Source: Thermodesulfobacteriota bacterium (lineage in GTDB: Bacteria; Desulfobacterota; Desulfobulbia; Desulfobulbales; SURF-16). From it: a stretch of 64,000 nt of DNA. The stretch lies in the NCBI GenBank assembly GCA_040755455.1, contig JBFMAY010000004.1:1-64000 (forward strand). The letters are read 5' to 3'. Made by a program: the position numbers and the translations under genes. Below are positions 63,174-64,000 of this stretch, one piece after another; position 1 is the stretch's first letter, and every line of letters starts with the position of its first letter. A model generated the notes under the pieces. It was not told the DNA's origin. It saw only the letters and a list, made by a program, of their open reading frames with translations, and did no database searches.

Positions 63174-63476
63174 ATGAGCGAGATAACCAGAAAAGAGCAG
63201 CGGGCTGTTGTCAAGCCTGACCATAAAAACATCGCGGGACCAGTTGCCCAGGATTTCATGAAGGAGCTGAAGCCTTTGCTCAGTGAAGGGGTGACCAGGC
63301 TTGTCATTGACCTGTCGGCAGTGCAGCTTATTGACTCCATGGGTCTCAGCGTACTGGTCGCCGCCCATAATTCCCTGCAAAAAATCGACTCGCAACTGGA
63401 GATAACCAATGTATCTGAAAATATTTTGAAACTGATGAAGGAGATGCGTCTTGACCGCCATTTCCTTATTTCATGA
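63174..63476 (+). CDS. STAS-domain anti-anti-sigma factor (RsbV-like)
   Basis: IDLSAVQLIDSMGLSVL; RBS GGAGG. Confidence 0.92.
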   Translation: MSEITRKEQRAVVKPDHKNIAGPVAQDFMKELKPLLSEGVTRLVIDLSAVQLIDSMGLSVLVAAHNSLQKIDSQLEITNVSENILKLMKEMRLDRHFLIS

Positions 63477-63564
63477 TTGTCGTTTTGTGCGCTGCCGCAT
63501 AGATGGATGACCACTTTCTGCCAACGGTATGTAACCTTACCTAAACCGAACCGGAGACCGCCTT

Positions 63565-64000
63565 ATGTCCGGAATAATGGATGATGAAACCTTACGCGTA
63601 TATGTCCAGGAGTCCCGTGAGCATCTGGAGACAATTGAAACGGACCTGCTGGCCATAGAAAGCCAGGGAAAAGAAATTGATGACGAGCTCATCAACAAGG
63701 TTTTTCGCGCCGCCCATTCCATAAAAGGTGGAGCCAGCTTCCTTTCGCTTGACACCATAAAAGAGCTTGCCCATAAAATTGAAAATGTCCTGGATATGAT
63801 CAGGCATTTGCAACTTATTCCCACCTCCAATGTGGTCAACACCCTGCTCAGCGCCTTTGACCATCTCGGCATGCTTCTCGACAAAGCGACCGAGAGCAAC
63901 GATCTGGATATACAGGAACAGATTGCTGCCCTGGAAGGATTAACGTTAAGCAGCCTGGCCCCGGAAGAACAGGAATCGAGCAGGCGGAAAATCCAGATCG
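63565..64000 (+). CDS. cheA: CheA-type Hpt domain, 3'-truncated by the window edge (absent from the ORF track)
   Basis: Manual translation MSGIMDDETLRVYVQESREHLETIETDLLAIE...INKVFRAAHSIKGGASFL; GGAG RBS. Confidence 0.88.
   Translation, partial: MSGIMDDETLRVYVQESREHLETIETDLLAIESQGKEIDDELINKVFRAAHSIKGGASFLSLDTIKELAHKIENVLDMIRHLQLIPTSNVVNTLLSAFDHLGMLLDKATESNDLDIQEQIAALEGLTLSSLAPEEQESSRRKIQI

Overview
Gene-dense window from what looks like an anaerobic Desulfobacterota (deltaproteobacterial) chromosome; the taxonomy is inferred from gene content only. From left to right it holds: the 3' part of a type III restriction-type helicase/nuclease; housekeeping genes (leuB, TrmJ-type methyltransferase, MutY with a Nudix domain, lpxB plus a GnnA-like dehydrogenase, pgm); an unexplained three-gene run of secreted acidic proteins, divergent from a TlpA thioredoxin; a Wsp/ACF-type chemosensory operon ending in a diguanylate cyclase with a degenerate EAL domain; a complete N-type ATPase operon with a Na+-type c subunit; and a ~13.6 kb multiheme cytochrome locus. 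That locus encodes a split CbcL-like b/c quinol oxidoreductase, an NHL beta-propeller, 22-heme, 15-heme and 4-heme cytochromes, and a heme-c/Cys-rich hybrid sensor kinase with regulators. The window ends with oxidative-stress and metal genes, a partner-switching module and the start of a second cheA. The strongest lead is the 22-heme protein: its C-terminal ~490 aa are three tandem tetraheme modules whose motif order matches the Geobacter nanowire cytochrome OmcE, i.e. a candidate single-chain concatenated wire. Four copies of a ~105 bp TAA-bounded structured repeat (MITE/REP-like) are also present and are not explained by any ORF. All family assignments come from reading motifs by eye; no searches were run.
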